Origin: Candidatus Latescibacterota bacterium
GTDB lineage: Bacteria; Latescibacterota; UBA2968
Direction: 5' to 3'
Assembly: GCA_965205975.1 (NCBI GenBank)
Contig: OZ242195.1
Location: 4,576,001 to 4,640,000, forward strand
Length of the DNA: 64,000 nt
The notes below the pieces were generated by a model, which saw only the letters and a list, made by a program, of their open reading frames with translations, had not been told where the DNA came from and did no database searches. The position numbers were made by a program, and so were the translations under genes. The number at the start of each line of letters is the position of its first letter. The stretch's first letter is position 1. Shown piece by piece: positions 20,367-28,821 of the stretch.

Positions 20367-21302
20367 CTAAAGTTGTTTTGTAAGCGCGACTGCGCCGAGA
20401 AGTACGGAGTGGTTTTTGAGTTTGGCAGGGGTGATTTTGAGGTGTGGACGGTGAACCGACATGAGGAATCGACGGGTTTTTCTGCGTAGCGGTTCAAAAA
20501 GAACGCGCCCTGCGTTTGAGACGCCGCCTCCGATGACGATGACATCGGGGGCGAATGCATTTACAGCCATTGCCAGACCCTGTCCGAGGTCGGTGCAGAT
20601 TTCATCGACGAGCGCTCTGGCATAAGGGTCTCCAGAACGCGCGGTGTCAAATAGGGTTTTGGCTGTGATGGGGTTGTTGTTTGCAGTTCGCGCGATTGCG
20701 ATACTTTTGCGCGGGTGTTTTTGCACTGCTACTTTTGCGCGTCTGGCAATGGCAGTGCCCGAGCAGAGGGCTTCGAGACAGCCTCGGTTGCCGCAGTCGC
20801 ATTGGGGGCCGTCGCGCAAGATGGACACATGTCCGAGTTCGCCGGCATATCCGTTGCCACCGCGGTAGATTTCGCCGTTGATGATGATGCCCCCACCAAT
20901 GCCGGTGCTGATCGTGTAGTAGATGATGTGGCGACTGTTTTTACCCGCGCCAAAAGTAAATTCTCCCAGTGCGCCCACGTTGGCATCGTTGTCGATTATT
21001 GCGGGTAAGCCGAGGTGTTGTTCTACAATTTCCGGCAGTGGGCAATCGTCCCATCCGGCGACGTGGGTGGAGTTGACGATGCGCTGTGTGTCGAAGCTGA
21101 CGGGACCACCAAATCCAATACCACAGGCCGATACGGATGATTGTGAGATCAGTGTTTTGCTTGCGGCGAGTATGCGGTCAATTCTTTTATCGGCGTGGTC
21201 TGCGCGATCTGTTTGGTGCTGGATGTGTTTGATGACGCGGCCATCGGGCGTGGCAAGGGCCAGGCCAAATTGGGAACCGCCGATGTCAATGGCGAGGATC
21301 AT
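20367..21302 (-). CDS. ROK-family sugar kinase
   Basis: AIDIGG, DNDAN, GTGIGG-like STGIGGG, GELGH..CDCGNRGCLE; ATGA overlap with MFS stop. Confidence 0.92.
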   Translation of the reverse strand: MILAIDIGGSQFGLALATPDGRVIKHIQHQTDRADHADKRIDRILAASKTLISQSSVSACGIGFGGPVSFDTQRIVNSTHVAGWDDCPLPEIVEQHLGLPAIIDNDANVGALGEFTFGAGKNSRHIIYYTISTGIGGGIIINGEIYRGGNGYAGELGHVSILRDGPQCDCGNRGCLEALCSGTAIARRAKVAVQKHPRKSIAIARTANNNPITAKTLFDTARSGDPYARALVDEICTDLGQGLAMAVNAFAPDVIVIGGGVSNAGRVLFEPLRRKTRRFLMSVHRPHLKITPAKLKNHSVLLGAVALTKQL

Positions 21303-22504
21303 GGTGTGGCTCCAGATGGCAATAGCGTGCGGCGCACGAGCAGGGCAATGACGCCTGAGATGGCAATGGCTGTGACCATGGAGATGGATGAGGCGCTGTA
21401 GAACTGGCTGAAGAGGGTGACAAATAATCCCGCCGTGCTCATTTGTATAAATCCCATGAGGGCGGAGGCAAGTCCGGCTTTTTCCGGATAGGGCACGATT
21501 GCGCCGGCCATTGCCTGGGGGCGCACCATACCGCCGCCTATTGTGAATAAACACATTGGGGCAATGATGGTGATGACCGAAAATACGCCCGCGAGTTTGA
21601 GTCCCAGCAGGAGCAGGCCCGCGCCCGCTGCGATCAGGCTACCGATTTGAATGATGCGTGCGCTGCCGAGGCGATTGTTGAGACGGCCAGATAAAAATGC
21701 GCCGATCATGAGTCCCACGGCGACCGATCCAAAACAGAGGCCGTAGAGTTGGGGAGAGACACCCAACTCGGTGATGAGTACAAAAGATGAGTTTGTGATA
21801 AAGGCAAACATGCCCCAGAATAAGATGGCGACCATAAAGGTATATCCGAGGTACCGGCGGCTGGACAAGAGGTCGCGGTAATTGGCTATCATGCGCGCTG
21901 GATTCATGGCTGTGGGGTCGATCATGTTATTGGTTTCAGGCACTGCCCAGAGGTAGCCGAAGAAGAACAGGGTGCCCAGCGCGCTGAGTACGACAAAGAC
22001 GGAATGCCATCCAAAATGGGCTTGCAAAAATCCGCCTATCACGGGTGCGAGTATGGGGGCGAGGGCAATGGCTGTGGCCATGTAGGACATTATTCTGGCG
22101 GCGTGGATTTCGCCGTATATGTCGCGTACTACAGCGCGGCTTACAGAAGGGCCACTACCTCCGGCAAATCCCTGCAATACGCGAGCTAAAATGAGTGCGC
22201 CCACTGTGGGTGCAAATAGGCAGCCCAGGCCCGCGAGCGCGTAACAGGCAAGGCCGATGAGCAAAATCGGACGTCGGCCAAATCGATCAGAGAGGGGACC
22301 AAAGACGAGTTGTGCTGCGCCCAGTGACATCAGGAATAGGGTGACGGCGGGCTGGATGTGGGTGGGATGGGTTTGGAACTCCTCAACCATTGCGGGCATT
22401 GAGGGCAAAAACATGTCAATGGATAGAGGGGGCAGGCCAGACAGGCCAGTTAGCAAGATGGGGATGAGGATGCGAGAGGTGGGTGGATGTGGTTCTGCGC
22501 TCAA
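21299..22504 (-). CDS. Bcr/CflA-family MFS drug-resistance transporter
   Basis: SIDMFLPSMP, GPLSDRFGRRP; probable TTG start after AAGGA. Confidence 0.9.
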   Translation of the reverse strand: MSAEPHPPTSRILIPILLTGLSGLPPLSIDMFLPSMPAMVEEFQTHPTHIQPAVTLFLMSLGAAQLVFGPLSDRFGRRPILLIGLACYALAGLGCLFAPTVGALILARVLQGFAGGSGPSVSRAVVRDIYGEIHAARIMSYMATAIALAPILAPVIGGFLQAHFGWHSVFVVLSALGTLFFFGYLWAVPETNNMIDPTAMNPARMIANYRDLLSSRRYLGYTFMVAILFWGMFAFITNSSFVLITELGVSPQLYGLCFGSVAVGLMIGAFLSGRLNNRLGSARIIQIGSLIAAGAGLLLLGLKLAGVFSVITIIAPMCLFTIGGGMVRPQAMAGAIVPYPEKAGLASALMGFIQMSTAGLFVTLFSQFYSASSISMVTAIAISGVIALLVRRTLLPSGATP

Positions 22505-22564
22505 ATTATGTCCTTTTACGGGTCGGAGAGGCATCCCTGCCTCGATTTTCTGTGAGAGAGGGGA

Positions 22565-22792
22565 CTAAATCAGGGATATGATAAACCAGATAATGACGAG
22601 GGCAACAAAGGGCGAGATGTCCAGCCCACCCAGGTCGGGTAACAGACGGCGAAGGGGTACGAGAACCGGATCTGTGATGGCGCATATTATTCTGATGAGT
22701 GGATTGTATGGGTTGGGATTCATCCATGAGATGACTGCTCGCGCAATGATGATGTAGCCGTAAATTGTGAGGAGATTTGCCAGGAAGAACAT
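22565..22792 (-). CDS. yggT: YggT-family membrane protein
   Basis: ISWMNPNPYNP...TDPVL.PLRR...GLDISP. Confidence 0.93.
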   Translation of the reverse strand: MFFLANLLTIYGYIIIARAVISWMNPNPYNPLIRIICAITDPVLVPLRRLLPDLGGLDISPFVALVIIWFIISLI

Positions 22793-22899
22793 AAGAGGAC
22801 CTTTCGCAATGGGTTTCAGAGGCGATGTGATAAATTATTCGTTTACGCGAGAAAAGCAACGGAAAAGACGGGGCTGATCAACCCGCCTCGAGTACGAGC

Positions 22900-22938
22900 A
22901 AATGGCCTTGAGTATTTGATCACTCAAGGCCGTTTTTT
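22900..22938 (+). terminator. Terminator-like hairpin
   Basis: GGCCTTGAGT/ACTCAAGGCC stem then GTTTTTT. Confidence 0.6.
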
Positions 22939-22971
22939 GTCAAAAATTAACACACCGTATTTAAAAGAAAC

Positions 22972-23202
22972 TTAAGAAGACTTCTCTGACGAAGATTTCT
23001 CTGGCCGACTTGGCGACAAGTCTGCTCCATCATCTTTTTTGGGAGGCTTAGCTCCTTGGGGCATGGGGAGACCTACGTCGAAAGTAGGTATATTCCTATC
23101 TTCTTGGAACACTTGACGGGTATCTCGCCTGGCGGGCGTAGCTGGGGACCGTCTATTCCTTGATGGTACTTCTTTTTTTATGGAATTCTTTTTTTTAGCC
23201 AT
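22972..23202 (-). CDS. Small basic low-complexity hypothetical protein
   Basis: AGGAG RBS; ATG immediately after the stop of the upstream frameshifted gene. Confidence 0.55.
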   Translation of the reverse strand: MAKKKNSIKKEVPSRNRRSPATPARRDTRQVFQEDRNIPTFDVGLPMPQGAKPPKKDDGADLSPSRPEKSSSEKSS

Positions 23203-23203
23203 T

Positions 23204-23718
23204 TTAACTCTCTCCTGTTGTAGAAGCTCTAATATAGGTCCCAAAATAGGCCCTTGTTCGTTCCGTGGCTTCGGGTTCGTACTTTGATTTTATCGGTAGA
23301 GCTTGATCTTTGAAGTGTTTGTGGGATGCCTCCAGTTTTTGCTGCTTTAGTTTGGTGACGAGGTTGAAAATATCCTCGTTGGTAAGTTTGCCTTCAAATA
23401 CTGAAAACCACTGACTTTCTGCATCCAGGGCAGCTTTTCCACTTCTGTATTAAGGCTTCCGATCTGCTTAGCACGTTTCTGAAATGGCAAAAATCTCTTG
23501 ATGGCATTGATCACTTGTGAGACGGCAATTAGGGCTCCCCAAATTATGCCATATTCATTCCAAATAACCCATCCGCCAATGCTCGAACTGGAGGTGATAG
23601 CCAAAAATATCTGTATCCGGTTATCCCATTTTTCTAAGTGTATCTGATAGGCTTGTAAATAATAAACACTGGCCCTAAGTTGTACTAAGGTATCCCAGTA
23701 TAGGCTTTGATAGTTCAA
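23204..23718 (-). pseudogene. Frameshifted 2-TM SLATT-like membrane protein
   Basis: Two TM helices; reading continues in the -1 frame from 23431 (ALDAESQWFSVFEGKL...TGES*) to a stop at 23204. Confidence 0.6.
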
Positions 23719-23963
23719 GTTAAATTTTCCCGTCCCGTCCCCGCTATTCGTCGGTTCGCAACACGCGCAGAAAGTATGACGTGTGTGAAATTCTTTTCAA
23801 AAAATATAGAACTATTTCACTCTCTGTCAAGCGGTAGTATTGAAAGCAATGACGTGCAGAAAGCAAAAAGCCGCAATCCCCGTGATGCGCGTGTCTTTTT
23901 TTACGAGCCAGAGGTCTTTTGGACGTTGCACACGTTGGAAAAATTTGGTATTAATAAGCGATT

Positions 23964-23996
23964 GTCATCGCGGCATGCTTAAAGCCGCGATCCAGG
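23964..23996. repeat. REP-like palindrome, copy 2
   Basis: Identical to 14555. Confidence 0.9.
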
Positions 23997-24027
23997 AGGT
24001 TTTTAGCTGACTATTGAGGACTTTGTA

Positions 24028-26748
24028 ATGCGTTTCGGATATTTCTTTCTTCTGCTCTGTCTTCTGCCAATGCACGCGCTGGCAAGTTCGTCGCCCTACC
24101 AAAAGGTCGCCGATGTTTCGCTTGCAGGGTCGCTTTCTCTCCAGCACTATCGCCTCTCCAATGGTCTTCAGGTTGCGATTGTAGAAGACGATACCCGACC
24201 CGTTGTGACGTGCCAAATCGCCTATCGCGTGGGGTCTTCTCACGAAGCACCTGGTCGGCAGGGCATGGCGCATCTGGTTGAGCACCTCGTGGTGGTTCGC
24301 TCATTTCCAGAGTCGTTCTACCTTTTGGACGCGCCACATAGCAATGCTGGTACGTCGAAAGATGGTACGAGATACTACGCCACGGTTCCCAAAGCACAGC
24401 TGGATGCGCTGATCGCCAGTTTTGCTTGGGGTATGACACAGTTTGATGTTTCTCAGAAAGAATTCGATCTCGAAAAAGAGGTCGTTCTGGGTGAATGGGC
24501 GCGCAGTGCCAACAGTGCGCGTCGGCTTTTGTATAAAAAGTTATATGCCCGCATGTTTGCAGGACATCCCTATCGGTACGATATTTTGGGCCATCGTGAT
24601 ACGATTAAAACTTTTACTCTGGATCAAGCGACCGCATTTCACAAGCGTCATTACGTGCCAAACAATGCCTGTCTTGTAATTGTCGGCGATGTGAAAGAGG
24701 ATGATATTTTGCCCGTTGTGATTCAACATTTTGGAAGGATTCCGAAGGACGAGGGGTTTATTCCAGACGATGTTGATACGCTGGATGTCGCATCTGTACC
24801 CCAGGATTCCCTGCAATCTACAACTGATCTGCATTCTTCTGTTTGGGGTGTCTGGCATGTTCCAACGGATACACATCCAGACTCCTATCCTTTGTATTTG
24901 TTTGATAAAGCTCTTTTTGATGGTGAATATTCTCTTGCACGCCAAAGGCTAATTGGCCCGGGAAAGGTTCTCGGGGTGAATTCCTATTTTCTCAATATGC
25001 GCGATAAAGATCTGTTTTATTATATAGCTGACTTACCTTCGGGTACGCGTTATGAACCTGTGGTTTCGGCCATGCGACAAATTATTCAAGTAGCTATTGA
25101 TTTTTTTTCTGAAGAACGTCTTTTAGTGGCGAAAAACGAAGCGCGTAAGAGTTTATATCGCATGATAACCAGTCAGTTCCGTCTGGCAAATGTGATCTCT
25201 TTTGGATTCATTCGCACCAACGACCCTGCTTTTGATCTCAAGTGGATGCAGAATCTCGATGGCGTTACGGTGACCGATGTCAAGCGGGTGGCGAAGCAAT
25301 ATCTTTTAGATCAGCCGCCCCACACCTTTGTCCTGTACACGTCTCCAAAGCGAGCACCATCGCGGCGCGTATGGCTTTATGTGGGTGTTGTGTGGATTCT
25401 CGTGGGACTGGGAGGATACTGGTACTGGCGACGGCGAGCACTTGCGGTTGGATTATTTGCAGTCCTTTGCAATATTTCGGCGGCAGAGGCAGAAATCCCC
25501 AATCACAAGATATATTACGTGCAGGATACGCGCGTGCCGCAAACACGGCTTTCAATGAGGTATTATACAGGAGGAGATCTGCAGGAGACAATGGATACGC
25601 GCGGTTTGTCCTTTGCGTTTTTTCGCCTGAATGATCTGGCATTACACGGGGAAGATAAAAAGGAGATGGATCGGCTTGGCGCAGAGTTCTGGTTCAATAT
25701 TTCTGATCGATACGTCACCGTTAATCTGACTGTGTTTAGTGAAAATTTGGATGCAGCCTTAAAACGCCTGAAAGCGATGATGGAAGATCTCAGATTCTCT
25801 GAAGAATTGCTGGACAGAGAACGGGCGCGGATTATAGACGATTTTGAGGATTATGTTGATGATCATGAGGTGGCAGGAATTTTTTGTTATCATTTATACC
25901 AGGGCGAGTACCGGCGAGAGGGCTCGCGCACAGCACTTGAAAATTTGACAGCGCAAGACTTGCAACAATTTTGGGATCAGACCCTGCGCGCAAAAGTTCT
26001 CTTTTTTAGAGTGACTTCCGATCTGAGTAAATCGGAAATTGAACGCAGTTTGCACGTGATGACGGATGACCGACCTCGGGATGGTTTTTCGCCACTTCCT
26101 CGGCCAAAACGCAAAGAGATCAGGGGTTTGCACGCTTTAATTTCCCCAAGTACCCATCTGGCTAATTTTTCTTATTGGATAACCAATGGCTTGCCCCGCA
26201 CAAATGAGGATTGGTTTGCACAAGCGGTTTTGGTCAATGCGCTAAATCGCCTGTTGTTCGTTCGGCTTCGCGACCAGAAGGGCTGGTGTTATTCGGTTGG
26301 TGCGAGTATTCAGGAATGGACATCGCCACCAGTGCTGTATTTTTGGGCTGATCCTCGAGATGTTAATACTTCTAAGCTGATTCCCGAGATGTTTCGGTTG
26401 ATTTACCATTGTTTATCCGAGCCAGAGTTTTGGACAGAAGTGAAGAAAGGTCGCGAACGGCTCAAACGGGCGTATCATTTGCAACTCGGTCCGCAGACCA
26501 GGCTCAATCAGCAGGTGCGCTATGACCGCGATGGGGTGCCCGCTCTTTCTCTGGAGGAATACGAATCAGCTATAGATCGGGTGACGGAAGAAGATATTCG
26601 CCGCGTTTTCAGGCGACTGTTGAACTATCAGGTCAAAAATTTTTTGATGCTTATTTACGGGGATGCCGATCACGTTAAAGACGCATTGAGACGGGGGGAT
26701 ATCATGGGCAGAACAACGGTTTTTAATATTCAAACGCTGATTGAGTAA
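24028..26748 (+). CDS. M16 (pitrilysin/PqqL-like) zinc peptidase with internal TM
   Basis: Signal peptide, LSNGL, HxxEH (HLVEH), EKEVVLGE, HPY; inactive second half. Confidence 0.88.
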   Translation: MRFGYFFLLLCLLPMHALASSSPYQKVADVSLAGSLSLQHYRLSNGLQVAIVEDDTRPVVTCQIAYRVGSSHEAPGRQGMAHLVEHLVVVRSFPESFYLLDAPHSNAGTSKDGTRYYATVPKAQLDALIASFAWGMTQFDVSQKEFDLEKEVVLGEWARSANSARRLLYKKLYARMFAGHPYRYDILGHRDTIKTFTLDQATAFHKRHYVPNNACLVIVGDVKEDDILPVVIQHFGRIPKDEGFIPDDVDTLDVASVPQDSLQSTTDLHSSVWGVWHVPTDTHPDSYPLYLFDKALFDGEYSLARQRLIGPGKVLGVNSYFLNMRDKDLFYYIADLPSGTRYEPVVSAMRQIIQVAIDFFSEERLLVAKNEARKSLYRMITSQFRLANVISFGFIRTNDPAFDLKWMQNLDGVTVTDVKRVAKQYLLDQPPHTFVLYTSPKRAPSRRVWLYVGVVWILVGLGGYWYWRRRALAVGLFAVLCNISAAEAEIPNHKIYYVQDTRVPQTRLSMRYYTGGDLQETMDTRGLSFAFFRLNDLALHGEDKKEMDRLGAEFWFNISDRYVTVNLTVFSENLDAALKRLKAMMEDLRFSEELLDRERARIIDDFEDYVDDHEVAGIFCYHLYQGEYRREGSRTALENLTAQDLQQFWDQTLRAKVLFFRVTSDLSKSEIERSLHVMTDDRPRDGFSPLPRPKRKEIRGLHALISPSTHLANFSYWITNGLPRTNEDWFAQAVLVNALNRLLFVRLRDQKGWCYSVGASIQEWTSPPVLYFWADPRDVNTSKLIPEMFRLIYHCLSEPEFWTEVKKGRERLKRAYHLQLGPQTRLNQQVRYDRDGVPALSLEEYESAIDRVTEEDIRRVFRRLLNYQVKNFLMLIYGDADHVKDALRRGDIMGRTTVFNIQTLIE

Positions 26749-26766
26749 TAATTTTCGTTTATACTC

Positions 26767-26877
26767 TTGACGTTATTTTTGAAGTTGGGTATGTTTTATG
26801 CACTGCGGGTTGCTGCGGTATTTCTGTTTATTTCCTCCCTCCCGATAAATAGAGTGCTGTTGGCAGCCCGCTTTTTT
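26767..26877 (+). ncRNA. Candidate small RNA 1 (promoter, long hairpin, U-tract)
   Basis: TTGACG-17-TATGTT; stem 26805-26871 rich in G-U pairs, loop TTCCTCCCTCCCG; T6. Confidence 0.5.
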
Positions 26878-26878
26878 A

Positions 26879-26970
26879 TTGACAGGGTTATTTTTGGAAT
26901 TTATTTTGCTTTTGTAGCAGAAGTGCAAAGCTTTTGAGGGTGTCGGGAGGGAGCCCTCAAAGGCTTTTTT
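26879..26970 (+). ncRNA. Candidate small RNA 2 (promoter, hairpin, U-tract)
   Basis: TTGACA-17-TATTTT; stem 26927-26967, loop GTCGGGAGGGA. Confidence 0.45.
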
Positions 26971-26981
26971 ATTTTATAAAT

Positions 26982-27021
26982 AAAAAAGAGGCGCTGGTTG
27001 GGAGGGTATAACCAACGCCTC
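26982..27021 (-). terminator. Minus-strand hairpin/terminator (candidate sRNA 3 end)
   Basis: GAGGCGTTGGTT-ATACCCTCCC-AACCAGCGCCTC then T6. Confidence 0.55.
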
Positions 27022-27085
27022 AAGGGATGTTGCATGGTACCGGATTAGACGCATTTGTACAGAAAAGAGTTCCAAGAAAGAGTAA

Positions 27086-27122
27086 CGGCGTTGACTCAGC
27101 CGGGGTATAGGAGTCAACGCCG
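27086..27122. other. Perfect 12-bp hairpin
   Basis: CGGCGTTGACTC/GAGTCAACGCCG, loop AGCCGGGGTATAG. Confidence 0.7.
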
Positions 27123-27299
27123 ATATTTTTGCGACACGCTTTGTCGCATATTCTTTTACTTTTAAGGGCTGGAAAGGTTCCCGAATGGTGTGATTTTTTG
27201 TGCGTTCAAGCAAATGACTGTGTACTTTTATCTTCTGGTATTCCGGTATATATTGTTGTGTTCTTAAAAAGATGTGATCACTGTGGGTATGGAGAATAC

Positions 27300-28808
27300 A
27301 TGCTGAACAAAAAAATAGAACGCTGGGGGCTGTGGCTCGGTCCGGTGATTGGGGTGGGGATCACAGTTTTTGGAGATCTCAAGCCGGGGCATCCCGAGGT
27401 GACACATACGGCAGGTGTGGCCTGCTGGATGGCGGTTTGGTGGATGACAGAGGCCGTGCCTTTGGCTGCGACGGCACTGTTGCCCGTGGTGCTGTTTCCC
27501 CTGCTGGGTATTATGAGCGGGCAAGAGGTTGCGCCACTTTATTTGAATCACATTATTTTTTTATTTGTGGGTGGTTTTATGGTGGCACTGTCCATGCAGC
27601 GCTGGAATTTACACAGGCGAATTGCCCTTCGCTTGCTGCTTCTTTTTGGGGGGTGTCCGCGATGTATTCTGACGGGATTTATGCTGGTAACGGCGTTTTT
27701 GTCCATGTGGATTTCCAATACGGCGACAACGATGATGATGGTGCCAATTGCGCTTGCAATTGTGGTTAGAATGGAAGAGCAGGGTGTGGCAAATCGTTCT
27801 TTTGGCACGGCGGTGTTTCTGGGGGTGGCTTATGCGGCTTCAATTGGCGGAAGTGCAACGCTTGTGGGTACGCCGACCAATTTGTCTTTTGTGAGGATTT
27901 TATCCATTCATTTTTCAGAGGTTCCCGAGATTTCGTTTGCGACATGGTTTGCGTTTGCTCTGCCTCTGGCATGTGTGATGCTCGTTTGTGCGTGGGGTGC
28001 GCTTTGTCTCGTTTTTGGCATTCGCGGTCGCGGCGATGATATTGATATGAGTGTGGTGCGAACGCAATATGCCGAGTTGGGACCGATGTCGTTTGCCGAG
28101 AAGATCGTACTGACCGATTTTGTATTGTTGGCGCTGTTGTGGTTGTCGAGACGTCCCATTCAAATTGGAGATTGGACGTTGCCGGGCTGGTCTCAGTTTT
28201 TCGAGTCTGGCGGATTGATAACCGATGGGTCGGTTGCTATGGCAATGGCTCTGATTTTGTTTGTCGTGCCCGCGCGAGATGGCGCGAGATCCAGGGTGAT
28301 GGATTGGCAAACGGCGGGCAACGTGCCCTGGCATATTGTGTTGTTGATTGGCGGTGGATTTGCTCTGGCAAGTGGGTTTAAGGAGTCGGGGTTGTCGCTC
28401 TGGTGCGCGCAGCAGTTGGAGGGTATGGGGCGCTTGCATCCTCTATTTTTGGTCGGTGGTTTGTGTGTGATGATGACTTTTTTGACTGAGTTGACTTCCA
28501 ATACGGCGACGGCTGAGATGTTTCTTCCGGTTTTGGCGGCGTTGTCTGTAGCTGTGGGTCTCAATCCATTGCTGCTGATGATTCCAGCCACGTTGTCGTG
28601 TTCTTGTGCGTTTATGTTGCCAGTAGCTACGCCACCCAATGCGATTGTGTTTGGCACGGATAGAATTTCCATGCGCGATATGGCGCGTGTGGGTGTGTGG
28701 TTGAATTTGGTTGGGGCAGTGATGATTACTGCTGCGATTGCTGTTGTTGGTCGCGTTGTGCTGGGTATTGAACTTGGGGTAATGCCCGATTGGGCGAGGA
28801 TAGAGTAG
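27300..28808 (+). CDS. DASS/SLC13 Na+:dicarboxylate or sulfate symporter
   Basis: SMWISNTAT, GTPTN, SNTAT, MLPVATPPNAI; GGAGA RBS. Confidence 0.93.
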   Translation: MLNKKIERWGLWLGPVIGVGITVFGDLKPGHPEVTHTAGVACWMAVWWMTEAVPLAATALLPVVLFPLLGIMSGQEVAPLYLNHIIFLFVGGFMVALSMQRWNLHRRIALRLLLLFGGCPRCILTGFMLVTAFLSMWISNTATTMMMVPIALAIVVRMEEQGVANRSFGTAVFLGVAYAASIGGSATLVGTPTNLSFVRILSIHFSEVPEISFATWFAFALPLACVMLVCAWGALCLVFGIRGRGDDIDMSVVRTQYAELGPMSFAEKIVLTDFVLLALLWLSRRPIQIGDWTLPGWSQFFESGGLITDGSVAMAMALILFVVPARDGARSRVMDWQTAGNVPWHIVLLIGGGFALASGFKESGLSLWCAQQLEGMGRLHPLFLVGGLCVMMTFLTELTSNTATAEMFLPVLAALSVAVGLNPLLLMIPATLSCSCAFMLPVATPPNAIVFGTDRISMRDMARVGVWLNLVGAVMITAAIAVVGRVVLGIELGVMPDWARIE

Positions 28809-28821
28809 GCGGAAGGTAGCG

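Noticed and set aside
23428..23442. Programmed -1 frameshift at G-GAA-AAG
   Set aside because: Not a canonical X-XXY-YYZ heptamer and no clear stimulatory hairpin; an indel is more likely.
26974..27213. 79-aa minus ORF across the hairpin cluster, and the N-terminal extension of the DASS ORF
   Set aside because: No RBS or protein-like features; the DASS gene has a good RBS at 27300.
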